A DNA stretch of 64,000 nt from Candidatus Zambryskiibacteriota bacterium (GCA_048499675.1 JASNZL010000005.1:7386-71385), one strand, 5' to 3'. Counted from the first letter of the stretch, positions 36,482 through 47,949 are shown. Program-made: numbers and translations. The notes: a model not told the origin generated them from the sequence alone.

Positions 36482-38629
36482 TTATAGCGGCCACTTTTCT
36501 ACAATCAATAACCCTCTATCTTTTAGGGGCATATGAGACCAAATTTCTTCAGTAACAAAAGGCATAAAAGGATGTAGAACAATCAAGCAATTTTTTAAAA
36601 TTTTGAGTAAGGTTTGTTGTCTCGATTTTTTATTTTCTTCGTTTTCTTCATTTAGTATTGCTTTGCTTTCTTCTATTATTTCATCTGCAAATCTGTGCCA
36701 AACATAATGATATATTTTTTCTGAAGCCAAGTGAAATCTATAGTTTTCGAAGTCTTCGGTGATGTCTTTTAAAATATCTTCAAATTCTTTTATCAAATCT
36801 TTGTCATTCTGGCTCGTTATATTTGAATCATTGTATTCTAAATTTTCGGTATTTTGTAGTACAAATCTCGCTATATTCCAAATTTTGTTTGCAAAATTTT
36901 TGTAACCTTTTATTTTGTTTTCTGACATTGCGGTATCGCTTCCAGCAGGATTTCCTACTACAAGAGACATACGAAGCGCATCTGTGCCGTACTTTTCGGT
37001 CATATCTAAAGGGTTAACAACATTGCCTTTGCTTTTGCTCATTTTTTTGCCTTTTTCATCATTTACTAAACCGTGTAGATATACTGTATGGAAAGGTTCT
37101 TTTTTGGCAAGATAAAGACCAAACATAATCATTCGGGGTACCCATTTAAAAATCAAATCGTGCCCAGTCTCCATTACATCTGTGGGATAAAAATTTTTGA
37201 AATCGATACCGTCTGGATGATTTGTGACAAGAAGAGGCCATTGGCCAGAAGAAAACCAAGTGTCAAAAGTGTCTGGATCTTTGACCCATCCTTCGCCTGG
37301 AGAGTCCACTCCAACTTTTATTTCTCCATCTTTAAACCAAGCAGGAATAGGGATACCCCAAACAATTTGTCTTGAGATATTCCAGTCCAGAGTGTTTTCC
37401 ATCCAATATCTAAAAATCTTTTCGTAGTTGTCGGGAATAAATCTTATCTTTTTTTCGTCCACCGCTTTTAACGCCATCTCTGCAAGAGGTTTCATTTTTA
37501 CAAACCATTGGTCTTTTATTTGTGGCTCGATTAGTGTGTTGCATTTGTAACATCTCTTTGTTACGTGAACATAATTTTCATCTATTTTTTCAACTAAACC
37601 TTTTTCTTTTAATTTCTCGATTATTTTTTCTCTCGCTTCTAGAATTTTCATTCCTTCAAATTCTTTTGCGATAGGTAGTAGTTTACCCCTCCAGTCAATT
37701 ATTTGTTCTGCTTCTAGGTTGTGTCTTTCTGCGATTTCAAAATCTATTTGTGAATGCCATGGGGTAATTGTCATTACGCCCGTACCAAATTCCATATCTA
37801 TGCTAGAATCTTTTATAACGGTGGCAGTGATTTTGCCGTTTATCCATTCTACTTCTAGAGTTTGGCCATGCTCGTAGTCTTTATATCTTTTGTCGTCTGG
37901 ATGCATCACTACATATTTGTCTCCAAATTTTGTTTCTGGTCTTGCTGTAGCTATTACAAAAGGTCCATATTTTAGGTAATAAAATTTGTTTGTCTCTTCG
38001 CTGTTTTCGGTCTCAACATCTGATAGGGAAGTTTGGTGTTTGGGACACCAGTTTATTGTTCTTTTGCCTCTATAAATTAATCCATCATCATACATTTTTA
38101 TAAAAGATTCTTGCACTTTGTTTATGATGTCTGGATCTAATGTAAATCGCTCTCTACTCCAGTCACAAGAAGCTCCCATTTGTTTGACCTGAGCTTCCAT
38201 ATTTTTTTTATTCTCCAAAGTGAAAGAATATATCTCGTCAAAAAGAGCTTGTGGTTGCATTCCAAATCTTGATCTTCCTTCTTTTTCTAATTTTTTCTCA
38301 TACACTACTTGAGTCTCAAATCCTGCGTGATCCGCTCCTGGAATCCAGAGTGTTTTGAATCCTTTCATTCTTTTATAACGAATCATTACATCCTCGAGTG
38401 TTATAAAAAGGGAATGCCCAACATGCAGATTTCCGTTTGCGTTTGGTGGAGGCATTACTATAGTAAAGCTTTTAGGTTCTAGCTTAGAGGTTGAAGTAGA
38501 TACAGGAAGATTGTCGGGGTTAAAAAAACCAGAATCTTCCCAGATCTTGTATATTCTGCCCTCTGTTTCCTTTGGGTTGTACGGTTTGTTGAATTTATCT
38601 TCCGTCATATTTTTTTGCCAGTATAACAC
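36482..38629 (-). CDS. valS: Valyl-tRNA synthetase (short form).
   Basis: PPPNANGNLHVGHS (HIGH) and KMSKSKGN (KMSKS). Possible alternative start at ATG 38608. Confidence 0.8.
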   Translation of the reverse strand: MLYWQKNMTEDKFNKPYNPKETEGRIYKIWEDSGFFNPDNLPVSTSTSKLEPKSFTIVMPPPNANGNLHVGHSLFITLEDVMIRYKRMKGFKTLWIPGADHAGFETQVVYEKKLEKEGRSRFGMQPQALFDEIYSFTLENKKNMEAQVKQMGASCDWSRERFTLDPDIINKVQESFIKMYDDGLIYRGKRTINWCPKHQTSLSDVETENSEETNKFYYLKYGPFVIATARPETKFGDKYVVMHPDDKRYKDYEHGQTLEVEWINGKITATVIKDSSIDMEFGTGVMTITPWHSQIDFEIAERHNLEAEQIIDWRGKLLPIAKEFEGMKILEAREKIIEKLKEKGLVEKIDENYVHVTKRCYKCNTLIEPQIKDQWFVKMKPLAEMALKAVDEKKIRFIPDNYEKIFRYWMENTLDWNISRQIVWGIPIPAWFKDGEIKVGVDSPGEGWVKDPDTFDTWFSSGQWPLLVTNHPDGIDFKNFYPTDVMETGHDLIFKWVPRMIMFGLYLAKKEPFHTVYLHGLVNDEKGKKMSKSKGNVVNPLDMTEKYGTDALRMSLVVGNPAGSDTAMSENKIKGYKNFANKIWNIARFVLQNTENLEYNDSNITSQNDKDLIKEFEDILKDITEDFENYRFHLASEKIYHYVWHRFADEIIEESKAILNEENEENKKSRQQTLLKILKNCLIVLHPFMPFVTEEIWSHMPLKDRGLLIVEKWPL

Positions 38630-38655
38630 TTTTCACTTTCAATTTAAATGTTTTT

Positions 38656-40272
38656 TTGATTGTGTGTTTAAGTTATAATGTCTCTATGTATTCGTTTATT
38701 GCAAGTATTCCATTTTTGGTTTTTTTCCTTTTGATACTTTTTGCTAAAAGGGGAGTGTTGTTTTCTATTGTTATTGCTTTTGCTGTCTTACTTTTTACAA
38801 GTGTAAATTATTGGGGTATGGAGTGGCTCAGAATATTTTCTGCTATGGGCAAAGGAGTTTTGGTTGCAACTGAAATAATACTAATTGTTTTTGGCGCACT
38901 ACTTATACTTGAATCTCTCAAAACAAAAAAGATGCTTTTGTTTTTGAAAGACTTTTTTGAATCTATTTCAATGGACAAAAGAGTTCATATAGTTTTGATT
39001 GCTTTTGCTTTGATTTTTTTTCTTGAAGGCGTTGCTGGTTTTGGTGCGCCGGTGATAATTGCTGTACCAATTTTGATAGCTCTCGGTTTTGCTCCGCTTA
39101 CAGCGGTGATACTCGCTTTGATCGGGGACAGTTTGCCTGTTATTTTTGGAGCAATAGGTTTGCCTATTACTTATGGTATGAGAATACCGCTCGAACAGTT
39201 TATGCTCGGAGCTCTTTTTGAAAATAGTATTACGCTTGTGATAGCAATGTTTAACATTCTTGGTTCTGTAATTATTCCTTTTATATTGCTTTTTGTATTT
39301 ACAAAAATGGAAGACAAACCAATTTCTCATTTTTTTGAATTTATACCGTTTGCTTTTGTTGCTGGATTATCTGCTTCTGTTCCGGCACTTATAACCGCTT
39401 ATTTTATTGGACCAGAATTACCCTCGGTAATCGGTGGAATATGTGCAATATTTTCAATTGCTTTTATGGCAAAGAAAGGCATTTTGATTATTCGTACCGA
39501 GAAGAGCGAAGAGCTTAGACCTGTCGCGGAAACCTCAAGAGAGAATATAAAAATGTTTAAAGCAGTTTTCCCTTACATTCTTATATCTGCAATTCTTTTT
39601 TTGACTAGAATTCCATATCTGCCATTCAAGAATATTGTTTCTAATTTTTCCGTAATAAAAATAGATACGATTTTTGGTGAATATGTAAACTATTCTTTTG
39701 CGCCATTTTATTCAGCGGGGATAATTTTGATATTTGTTGCTTGTGTCTCGTTTTTAATTTTGAGGTTAGATAGGGAAGATTTAAAAAAGACTTTTATAAA
39801 TTCTTATAACAAAATTAAAACTCCGTATTTATCGTTAATTGTGATGCTTGGATTTGTACAAGTGTTTATGTATTCAGGTGAAAATCTTTTTGATTTAAAA
39901 TCAATGCCTACAATTCTTGCAGAAGGAGGGAGTTTTGTATTTGGCTCTGTCTGGCCAATCTTTGCTCCATTTATTGGAGCTCTAGGGTCATTTACGAGTG
40001 GGAGTGCTACAGTTTCTAATCTTATTTTTTCTAGTATTCAGTATGAGACAGCAGTATTATCTGGTTTTTCTCCGGTCATAATACTTGCGCTACAAGGTAT
40101 CGGAGCAGCTGGGGGCAATATGATTGCTCTCCACAATGTAATCGCAGGCCTTGCTGTTGCTGGAATTGTTGGTAAGGAGGGTTTAGTTGTTAGAAAAAAT
40201 ATGATACCTTTAATTTTTTACTTACTTATAATTGGTCTTTTGGGTTTTATAATATCTGTTATTAAAATTTAA
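38656..40272 (+). CDS. L-lactate permease (LctP) family transporter.
   Basis: Polytopic membrane protein; GFGAPVIIAVPIL-type block. Confidence 0.5.
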   Translation: MIVCLSYNVSMYSFIASIPFLVFFLLILFAKRGVLFSIVIAFAVLLFTSVNYWGMEWLRIFSAMGKGVLVATEIILIVFGALLILESLKTKKMLLFLKDFFESISMDKRVHIVLIAFALIFFLEGVAGFGAPVIIAVPILIALGFAPLTAVILALIGDSLPVIFGAIGLPITYGMRIPLEQFMLGALFENSITLVIAMFNILGSVIIPFILLFVFTKMEDKPISHFFEFIPFAFVAGLSASVPALITAYFIGPELPSVIGGICAIFSIAFMAKKGILIIRTEKSEELRPVAETSRENIKMFKAVFPYILISAILFLTRIPYLPFKNIVSNFSVIKIDTIFGEYVNYSFAPFYSAGIILIFVACVSFLILRLDREDLKKTFINSYNKIKTPYLSLIVMLGFVQVFMYSGENLFDLKSMPTILAEGGSFVFGSVWPIFAPFIGALGSFTSGSATVSNLIFSSIQYETAVLSGFSPVIILALQGIGAAGGNMIALHNVIAGLAVAGIVGKEGLVVRKNMIPLIFYLLIIGLLGFIISVIKI

Positions 40273-40286
40273 TTTAATATGTTTAT

Positions 40287-40946
40287 ATGAAGATATCCAT
40301 ATCTGCAATAGCTTTAGCATTAATATTATCTCTGGGTGTTTGGTATTTTGTTAGAACCAAAGAAAAAACCAGTCCTATTTTGGGAAATGAATATGGCCAA
40401 AATCAAAATGTAGAAGCGGGTAATGTTTCAGACAAAAGTCCGTCTTTAGAAAATAATCAACAAAAAATTATGAAAGGAACAATAAACACAAACAAAGGAA
40501 GTATTACAATTGAGTTTTTGGAAAATTTTGCTCCAAATACTGTGGCTAATTTTGTAAAACTTGCCGAGTCTGGTTTTTATAATGGAGTGAAATTTCACAG
40601 AGTAATACCGGGGTTTATGATTCAGGGAGGGGATCCTTTGACAAAAGATGATAGTAAAAAAGCTATGTGGGGCACAGGTGGTCCGGGGTATCAATTTGCT
40701 GATGAGATAAGTGCGAACAATAAAAATTCTTACGGTACGATATCGATGGCTAATTCTGGACCAAATACCAACGGAAGCCAGTTTTTTATAAATGTTGCAG
40801 ATAATAATTTTCTTGATCCTAAACATACAGTATTTGGAAAAGTGACAGAAGGTATGGAAGTTGTAGAAATGATTTCAAAAGTAGCTACTGACGCAAACGA
40901 TAGACCACTTGAGGAAGTTGTTATTTTGAGCATAAAGTTTGATTAA
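40287..40946 (+). CDS. Peptidyl-prolyl cis-trans isomerase, cyclophilin type, with an N-terminal membrane anchor or signal.
   Basis: [15 protein letters not shown]. Confidence 0.85.
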   Translation: MKISISAIALALILSLGVWYFVRTKEKTSPILGNEYGQNQNVEAGNVSDKSPSLENNQQKIMKGTINTNKGSITIEFLENFAPNTVANFVKLAESGFYNGVKFHRVIPGFMIQGGDPLTKDDSKKAMWGTGGPGYQFADEISANNKNSYGTISMANSGPNTNGSQFFINVADNNFLDPKHTVFGKVTEGMEVVEMISKVATDANDRPLEEVVILSIKFD

Positions 40947-40970
40947 TTAATTATAAGCTAATTTAAAAAA

Positions 40971-41336
40971 ATGGTATTAAATACAATATTAAATTGGTTT
41001 TTGTCTGCTCTCGCTATTTTTGCAATTGCATACTTTTTGCCAGGGGTTTATGTGGCAGGATTTTTTACTGCGGTAGTTGTGGCACTGGTATTGGGGCTTG
41101 TGAATGCATTTGTTAAACCAGTCGTGTTGTTGTTAACTTTGCCAATAAATATATTAACTCTTGGACTCTTTACGCTAGTTGTAAATACCCTAATGATACT
41201 ACTTGCAACTTGGATTGTTCCTGGTTTTGAAGTAAGCAATTTTCTTTGGGCGCTACTATTCAGTGTGGTTTTATGGTTTGTAAATATTTTTCTCAAGGGA
41301 AGTGCAAAATCAGTGAACCCTTTGGCCCGAGGATAA
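40971..41336 (+). CDS. Small 4-TM membrane protein (DUF360/phage-holin-4-like).
   Basis: 121 aa, highly hydrophobic. Confidence 0.4.
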   Translation: MVLNTILNWFLSALAIFAIAYFLPGVYVAGFFTAVVVALVLGLVNAFVKPVVLLLTLPINILTLGLFTLVVNTLMILLATWIVPGFEVSNFLWALLFSVVLWFVNIFLKGSAKSVNPLARG

Positions 41337-41352
41337 TTCTCAAAATAAATTT

Positions 41353-42213
41353 ATGAAAGAAAAATTTAAAGTAATTTTATTTTATAAATTTACTAAAATA
41401 AAAAATCCAAAAGCGTTTGTAATAAAGCAAAAAAAGATTTGCTCAGATTTTGGTTTGAAGGGGAGAATTTTGGTTGCAGAAGAGGGAATAAACGGAACAC
41501 TAGAAGGGAAATTGTCTCAAATAAACAAATATAAAAAAACTATGAGGTCAATGGCCCCTTTCAAAGGACTTGTATTTAAAGAAAGTGATAGTTTTGGCAA
41601 ATCATTCACAGGATTAAAGATAAAAGTAAGAAATGAAATTGTCACACTTAAAGCTGGGACTTTTAATATCAAAAAAGAAACAGCAAAAGAAGTGAGTGCG
41701 ATAGAGCTCGAGAGGATGTATAAAAAAGATGAGGATTTTTTGGTCCTTGATTTGCGTAATGATTATGAGGTGAAGGTGGGGCAATTTAATAAAACATACA
41801 ATCCCAAGCTAAATAATTTTTACGAACTACCAAATAAATTAAAAGAATTAGCTCACCTAAAAGACAAAAAATTGGTGGCTGTCTGCACTGGGGGAATAAG
41901 GTGTGAAAAGGCGACGTGTCTACTTAAGCGAGAGGGTTTTAAAAATCTATATCAACTCAAAGATGGAATTCATACATATATAAAAAAGTATCCTAATAAA
42001 AATTTCAAAGGGTCACTATTTGTTTTTGATAATCGGATGACTACACCTGTTGTTGATGTTCCAAAAAGAGAAATAATAGGAAGGTGTGAATTTTGTGACA
42101 GGAAATGCGAAACATTTTTTAGTGACGATTCAGTAAGGCCTTCTAGAAAACTTATATCTTGCAAAGATTGTGCAAAAAATAGGAAAAATTTAAGGGAGAG
42201 CGTTACAGTTTAG
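41353..42213 (+). CDS. Rhodanese-domain protein, UPF0176/TrhO-like (tRNA U34 hydroxylase family).
   Basis: N-terminal ILFYKFTKI...AEEGINGT and a rhodanese Cys loop CTGGIRCEKA. Confidence 0.55.
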   Translation: MKEKFKVILFYKFTKIKNPKAFVIKQKKICSDFGLKGRILVAEEGINGTLEGKLSQINKYKKTMRSMAPFKGLVFKESDSFGKSFTGLKIKVRNEIVTLKAGTFNIKKETAKEVSAIELERMYKKDEDFLVLDLRNDYEVKVGQFNKTYNPKLNNFYELPNKLKELAHLKDKKLVAVCTGGIRCEKATCLLKREGFKNLYQLKDGIHTYIKKYPNKNFKGSLFVFDNRMTTPVVDVPKREIIGRCEFCDRKCETFFSDDSVRPSRKLISCKDCAKNRKNLRESVTV

Positions 42214-42290
42214 CTTGCAAATTTTAGCGAAAAGATGTATAATTATTAGAACAGGCCCGATTTGGGTTTTGTTTTTTCTAGTAAAAAGTT

Positions 42291-44084
42291 ATGGAAATAA
42301 GAAACATTGCAATTATAGCCCATGTTGACCATGGCAAAACAACACTCACAGATGCTATTTTGAAGCAGACAGGTTTTGTCCTAGATGGGGCTTCTATGGA
42401 TTCAAATGCGCTTGAGCGAGAGCGTGGTATTACTATTTACTCAAAAAACGCGTCTATTATTTATCCAAACAAAAATGGAGAACAAACCAAAATAAATATT
42501 GTAGATACTCCGGGGCACGCGGATTTTGGCTCAGAAGTTGAACGAATTTTGAGATCAATTGATTCGGTTTTGCTAGTGGTTGATGCCCAAGAAGGTCCGA
42601 TGCCACAAACTCGTTTTGTACTAAAAAAATCATTAGAGATAGGACACAAACCTATTGTTATATTAAACAAAATTGATAAACCGGGGGCTAATCCGAAATG
42701 GGCTCACGATGAAGTTTTTGAGCTATTTTTTGAGCTTGGGGCTTCTGAAGAACAGCTGGACTTTCCATTTTGTTATGCGGTAGGAAAAGATGGCGTTGCT
42801 TTTTTAAATTTGGAAGATGAGAGAAAAGATATGAGACCACTCCTTGATTTGATTATAGAAAAAGTTGAATGTGCAAAAAATGATAAAGAATCTCCACTCA
42901 AGGCACAACCATTTAATCTGGCCTATGATAATTTTTTGGGTAGACTTGCTATTGCAAGAGTTTATGATGGAATTTTGAAAAATGGTAAAAAAGTTTTTGT
43001 AAAAAAACCAGATGGTACTACAGAAGAAGGTAAAGTCACAAAACTTTTTGTTTTTGATGGAACAAAAAGAAAGGAAGTAGAAGAGGCCGAGGCGGGTGAA
43101 ATAGTTTTGGTTGCAGGACTTCCTAATATATATATTGGAGACACTATTACCGATAGTTTGGAGACTCAGATTTTGCCTACAATTCATGTTGATGAGCCAA
43201 CCATTGCAGTTAATTTTTTGGTCAATAATTCTCCGTTTGCAGGTAAAGAGGGCAAGTTTGTTACAGGAAGACAGATTAGAGAAAGATTAGAAAAAGAATT
43301 GGAAATAAATGTTGGACTAAAAGTTGATTTTTCGGATGACACAATGAAAGTTTATGGTAGAGGAGAATTGCACATAGCGATACTCATTGAAAATATGAGA
43401 AGAGAAGGTTTTGAACTCCAAGTCTCTCAACCTCAAGTAATCATAAAAGAAGAAGGTGGTGTGAAAGTTGAGCCATTTGAAGAAATAACAATAGATGTGC
43501 CAGAAGAAACACAAGGGGTAGTTATTGAGAAGCTTGGAATGAGGGGGGCGGTACTTCACAATGTCAAAAGTCACGATGGAAGAATTCGTCTAATTTTTGA
43601 AGGTCCAACCAGAGGTCTCTTGGGGTACAGAGGACAGTTTATAGTTGATACAAAAGGTGAGGGTATTATGGCGAGTAGAGTGCTTGGCTTTAGACCCTAT
43701 GCCGGTGAAATACAAAAAAGAAATACTGGCTCTATGGTATCAATGGCAAAAGGCAAATCTTTGGCTTTTGCATTAGACAATCTCCAAAATAGAGGAACTC
43801 TATATATCACTCCGGGAATTGAGATTTATGAGGGTATGGTTGTTGGCGACACTTCAAAAGGTGATGATATGACAGTTAATCCGACAAAAGGCAAGCAATT
43901 AACAAATATGAGAGCGAGTGGGAGTGACGACAAGGTTTATTTGGCTCCAGCAAAAGAACTAACAATTGAAAGCGGACTTGAAATAATGTCAGAAGACGAA
44001 TACCTAGAAATTACTCCAAAAAGCGTTAGACTACGAAAAAAGTTTCTTACTGAAGCAGAGAGAAACAAAAATAGGGTGAGTTAG
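42291..44084 (+). CDS. typA: Translational GTPase TypA/BipA.
   Basis: [27 protein letters not shown]; about 600 aa. Confidence 0.9.
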   Translation: MEIRNIAIIAHVDHGKTTLTDAILKQTGFVLDGASMDSNALERERGITIYSKNASIIYPNKNGEQTKINIVDTPGHADFGSEVERILRSIDSVLLVVDAQEGPMPQTRFVLKKSLEIGHKPIVILNKIDKPGANPKWAHDEVFELFFELGASEEQLDFPFCYAVGKDGVAFLNLEDERKDMRPLLDLIIEKVECAKNDKESPLKAQPFNLAYDNFLGRLAIARVYDGILKNGKKVFVKKPDGTTEEGKVTKLFVFDGTKRKEVEEAEAGEIVLVAGLPNIYIGDTITDSLETQILPTIHVDEPTIAVNFLVNNSPFAGKEGKFVTGRQIRERLEKELEINVGLKVDFSDDTMKVYGRGELHIAILIENMRREGFELQVSQPQVIIKEEGGVKVEPFEEITIDVPEETQGVVIEKLGMRGAVLHNVKSHDGRIRLIFEGPTRGLLGYRGQFIVDTKGEGIMASRVLGFRPYAGEIQKRNTGSMVSMAKGKSLAFALDNLQNRGTLYITPGIEIYEGMVVGDTSKGDDMTVNPTKGKQLTNMRASGSDDKVYLAPAKELTIESGLEIMSEDEYLEITPKSVRLRKKFLTEAERNKNRVS

Positions 44085-44119
44085 TGTTGGGCTATTTAAA
44101 TTTTTTATATAATTAAAAA

Positions 44120-44776
44120 ATGAATATAAAAAATAATCTAAAAAAAATACTAAATAAAGAAGAGTTGAAAATAGTAGAACGCCTAAATACTCCAAGTAAA
44201 ATACAAGATTACATAGATAAAATCCCTTTCAATTTTGAAAAGGATGCCGAAACGTATCACTCTCCAAGGACTGTCCTTGGAGAAAAAGTGATGCATTGTT
44301 TTGAAGGGGCTTTGTTTGCAACCCTTTGTCTTTCGTATCATGGATATAAAAATTTTTTGATTGATTTAAAGATCGACAAGAAATTTAAAAAATTTGATAG
44401 TGACCATGTCTTATCTGTTTTTGAAATAAATGGATATTTAGGTGCTATAAGCAAGACCAATCACTCGGTGCTTCGTTGGCGAGACCCGATTTATAAAGAC
44501 TACAAAGAAATAGCAAAAACTTATTTCCATGAATATTTTTTGGATAGTGGTGAGAAAACTCTGAAATCTTTTTCAAAACCTTTTGATGTTTTTAAAAAAT
44601 TTGGACTTGATTGGGTGACAAGTGAAGAAGATTTGGATTTGGTTGCGGAGGCACTTGATAATTCAGAGCATCTTGATTTTGTGCCGAACAAAAATTTGAA
44701 ATATATTCGTAGGGTTGGTAAAACTGAGATAGAGGGGGCGGGGGTGGAGGAGTGGAAAAATAAGTTAAAAAGTTAA
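44120..44776 (+). CDS. Hypothetical protein.
   Basis: 218-aa ORF; no motif. Confidence 0.4.
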   Translation: MNIKNNLKKILNKEELKIVERLNTPSKIQDYIDKIPFNFEKDAETYHSPRTVLGEKVMHCFEGALFATLCLSYHGYKNFLIDLKIDKKFKKFDSDHVLSVFEINGYLGAISKTNHSVLRWRDPIYKDYKEIAKTYFHEYFLDSGEKTLKSFSKPFDVFKKFGLDWVTSEEDLDLVAEALDNSEHLDFVPNKNLKYIRRVGKTEIEGAGVEEWKNKLKS

Positions 44777-44961
44777 AAAGTTAGAAAGTTTGTAAAGTGA
44801 AATCGGAAAATATCCAAGGGTAACCCTTGGATAATTTATGTGTTGAAAAATAAGGATAAAAACACACCAAGGGCTACCCTTGGTGTGTTTGGGCGGGAGC
44901 GGTTACATTTTTGGTTTAATTATTGTAATATAATGAACATTAATTGATAAAAAACTAAATA

Positions 44962-45477
44962 ATGAAAAATCAAATAACATATATTGTCGTTGGTATCGCG
45001 GTTATTATTGGGGGGATACTTATTTTTACTTATGGAAGTAAACCAGTTTTGCCAGAAGTGGCTGAAGACGGGACAATTAAGGGAAATTATTCTATAGAAG
45101 GTATTATTGCTTTGGGTAAACCATATGTTTGTACTTTTGAAAAAACTGATTCAACATCAAAGGTTTTGGGCATAATGAGAACGGATGGTGAAAATATGTA
45201 TGGAGAATTTAGAATAGAAACAGAATTGATGCCGGCACCATTTTCGAGCTTTCTGATTGTAAAAAATAATGAAACTTATACATGGACGACTCTTGCCCCA
45301 ATGGGTTATAGAGCACCTGTAGCCAAGAGTGCAAACAGAAATGCGTCTCCGGAGGAGCAAGCTCAACTAATAGGAACAAAAGACGAAGTATATTATGAGT
45401 GTGAGGTTTGGGAAGAAGTAGATTCTACATATTTTGATTTACCAGATGGAGTTGTGTTTGAGGAGATGAAGAGTTAG
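44962..45477 (+). CDS. Membrane-anchored hypothetical protein.
   Basis: N-terminal TM ITYIVVGIAVIIGGILIF. Confidence 0.45.
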   Translation: MKNQITYIVVGIAVIIGGILIFTYGSKPVLPEVAEDGTIKGNYSIEGIIALGKPYVCTFEKTDSTSKVLGIMRTDGENMYGEFRIETELMPAPFSSFLIVKNNETYTWTTLAPMGYRAPVAKSANRNASPEEQAQLIGTKDEVYYECEVWEEVDSTYFDLPDGVVFEEMKS

Positions 45478-45792
45478 AAGAAAGGGGGGATTAAATTACT
45501 CTAATTATTTTAATTTCTAATTGTTCTAAAAAAGTCAAAAAAATTCTAAATTACAAATCCCAAATTACAAACAATATAAAAATAACAAAATCCAAATCGC
45601 AAACCTAATCTTATTCTTCGACTTTTATTATTGGCTATGATTAGTGTGCATTAGTGGATTAGCGGGTAACTTTATAAACCTTCAGTTTTTTTGATTTGTG
45701 TTTTTTGTGCTTTGTTTGTAATTTCTGCCTAGTCGGCAGACAGGTGGTTCCTGTGTTTTGTGTTTTCATACTTTTATCCCCAATTTAATTAT

Positions 45793-45821
45793 TTGACACT
45801 TGATGTATTTAGGTGTAATGT
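45793..45821 (+). promoter_or_regulatory. Sigma70-like promoter TTGACA-N17-TAATGT, upstream of 45862.
   Basis: Read directly from the sequence; about 40 nt upstream of the SD GAAGGAG. Confidence 0.4.
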
Positions 45822-45861
45822 TTTTTGAGGTAGTAAATTCGTTTGGTTTGAAGGAGTTCGC

Positions 45862-46254
45862 GTGATCCCTAACAACTTCAAGAGGCCTCAAAAGGGCCAC
45901 CAGAAGAGAAAGCCGGAAGGCTTCAATAGGAGAGAGGGAGGCGACCTTAATCAATTCGAGGTCGTCACACAGCAACCCAAGAGTCCGTTGCGGATTCTGA
46001 AACCTCATCAAGCCCTTCTAATGATTGAGAGCTTGAGCTTGCTCATGTGCGGTGACTCTGTCCCGATACATGTGGTGGGTCACCAGAACGAGGAAGAAAA
46101 ATGTCTCGCTGTTTCGAGGATCCGGGACATTGTTTGTTGCAGGCCCGATATTCCTGTGAAGGTTCTTTTTGGGGAGCCCTCGCAGAGCGCGTTCAGACCG
46201 ATTATCGCACGCCTGAAAGACGGCGAAATTGTGCCCATGACTTTCGCTCGGTAA
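45862..46254 (+). CDS. Hypothetical basic protein (GC-rich islet; GTG start).
   Basis: SD AAGGAG 5 nt upstream of the GTG; ends 8 nt before the terminator. Confidence 0.4.
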   Translation: MIPNNFKRPQKGHQKRKPEGFNRREGGDLNQFEVVTQQPKSPLRILKPHQALLMIESLSLLMCGDSVPIHVVGHQNEEEKCLAVSRIRDIVCCRPDIPVKVLFGEPSQSAFRPIIARLKDGEIVPMTFAR

Positions 46255-46262
46255 AGTTTTCC

Positions 46263-46303
46263 AAAGGCCGTCTGGGAGAGTTTTCCCCAGATGGCCTTTT
46301 CTG
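46263..46303 (+). terminator. Rho-independent terminator.
   Basis: AAAGGCC-gt-CTGGG-agagtttt-CCCAG-at-GGCCTTTTCTGTTGTG. Confidence 0.65.
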
Positions 46304-46387
46304 TTGTGTATTGATTTTTGCTTTGTATTTATGTATAAATAAATAAGATCTTAACCTCCCCCGAGGTAAAGCAGAGAGAGGAGAAGT

Positions 46388-46711
46388 TTGATGCCCAGTC
46401 CAAGCAATGGACATCCACCGGGAGCATACTGCCCTTATTGCCACATTCGCAACGTGTATCGTTGTGAGAATGAAGCATCTTCACAAAAGGGTGTGTACAG
46501 CAAGACATCAAAATGTGAGAGCTGTCATGCCTCACTTTTGTGGCAGAGGGAGCTCCAATTTGATGATAACGGTAAACTTTGTGGTTCTACCGTAACCCTT
46601 GTTTCATCGGAGCCTCCAGCTAAGCGCAATAAGGGGGGAGCAAAACCCGCCACGAAAGGAGGACAAGTTCAAACCAGAAAAATTGTACCGTTGCGCCAGA
46701 TCTACGTTTAG
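46388..46711 (+). CDS. Small Zn-ribbon protein with a basic C-terminus.
   Basis: CPYCH...CESCH; SD GAGGAG upstream. Confidence 0.35.
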   Translation: MMPSPSNGHPPGAYCPYCHIRNVYRCENEASSQKGVYSKTSKCESCHASLLWQRELQFDDNGKLCGSTVTLVSSEPPAKRNKGGAKPATKGGQVQTRKIVPLRQIYV

Positions 46712-46791
46712 GTTTGGCTGTCTCGGGTGGGACAAAAAGAGTGCTTACGCTGTTTCGCTAGGTGCTCTTTTTTTTGTGCTAAAATGGCTAA

Positions 46792-47949
46792 ATGAGTAAA
46801 TTAAATAAAACAAAAAAAATATTACCCGTATTGTTCGTATTCTTTTTCTTTTTTTTAACATCTTTTAGTTTTGTATCTGCTCAGGCGATACACAATGATT
46901 TGCAAGGGGAATGGAAAGCCAAAGTTTTGGAAGTCATGTTTGAAGAAGAGCAAATAATCCCAGGGACGGAAGTGCTAACTTGGTACCAAGAGCTTCGAGT
47001 AGAACTTTTGGAGGGATACAAAGAAGGAGAAGAGGTAATCGTAAAAAATGATTTTCATAGATTAAAAAAGGGAGATAAGTTTTATGTAAACTATTTGATC
47101 ACAGTAAATGGAGAGGAATTTTATGTAGCTGGAGAACCATATAGAATAAATGTTTTGATATTTTTTACTCTTCTATTTTTTGCAACCATTTTAATTTTTG
47201 GTAAGAAAGATGGAATTCGTTCTATAGTATCTTTGTTGGGAAGTTTTTTGGTCCTTATTTTTTTGATGTTGCCGTTTTTGCTAAAAGGTTATCCGCCGGT
47301 GCCAACCATTGTTATTTTCTCGGCTTTGATGCTTGCATCGGCAATGTATATAACCCATGGTTGGAATAGAGTAACGCATTCGGCATTTTTGGGAACAGTT
47401 ATTACTATTGTTGTTGTAAGTATTCTTGCAAAAATTGGAGTGGAGGTAGGTAAGTTATCTGGCTTTGCATCAGATGAGGCACTGTATCTCAATATTAATT
47501 CGGGAGGCACACTGGACCTATCCGGTATACTTCTCGGCTCTATTATAATTGGAGCTCTTGGTATATTGGATGATATTGCTATTACTCAAGCGGCGGCTGT
47601 TAGAGAATTATTTCATCTTGCACCAAATGAAAGTAGAAAAGAAATATACACAAAAGCTCTTAGGATAGGTAAAGAGCATGTAGGGGCGCTTGTTAATACT
47701 CTGGCTCTCGCTTATGCTGGTGCATCTTTGCCACTTTTACTTCTCTTTTCTCAATCTGAAATTTCTACTATTACTATTATGAACAGGGAAATATTTGCTA
47801 CAGAAGTTATCAGAACTGTTGCTGGGTCTATTGGACTTATTCTCGCGGTTCCTCTTGCTACACTGATTGCGGTCGTGTTATTAAAAAAAGAAAAGGACGA
47901 TAATTTAGACAAGGGTAGTCACGGACACGCTCATTTTCATAGACATTAG
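46792..47949 (+). CDS. YibE/F-family membrane protein.
   Basis: N-terminal signal/TM, an extracellular region, then a polytopic C-terminus with a GILDDIAITQAAAV block. Confidence 0.5.
   Translation: MSKLNKTKKILPVLFVFFFFFLTSFSFVSAQAIHNDLQGEWKAKVLEVMFEEEQIIPGTEVLTWYQELRVELLEGYKEGEEVIVKNDFHRLKKGDKFYVNYLITVNGEEFYVAGEPYRINVLIFFTLLFFATILIFGKKDGIRSIVSLLGSFLVLIFLMLPFLLKGYPPVPTIVIFSALMLASAMYITHGWNRVTHSAFLGTVITIVVVSILAKIGVEVGKLSGFASDEALYLNINSGGTLDLSGILLGSIIIGALGILDDIAITQAAAVRELFHLAPNESRKEIYTKALRIGKEHVGALVNTLALAYAGASLPLLLLFSQSEISTITIMNREIFATEVIRTVAGSIGLILAVPLATLIAVVLLKKEKDDNLDKGSHGHAHFHRH

Noticed and set aside
45840-46750. Possible large ncRNA (RNase P, tmRNA or group II intron) in the GC-rich 1.3-kb islet.
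   Set aside because: No GGAAAGUCCGG/ACAGAA (RNase P), tmRNA 3' CCACCA/tag frame or domain-V GTACGG motifs were found. The region is better explained by two small protein genes with SDs and a terminator.
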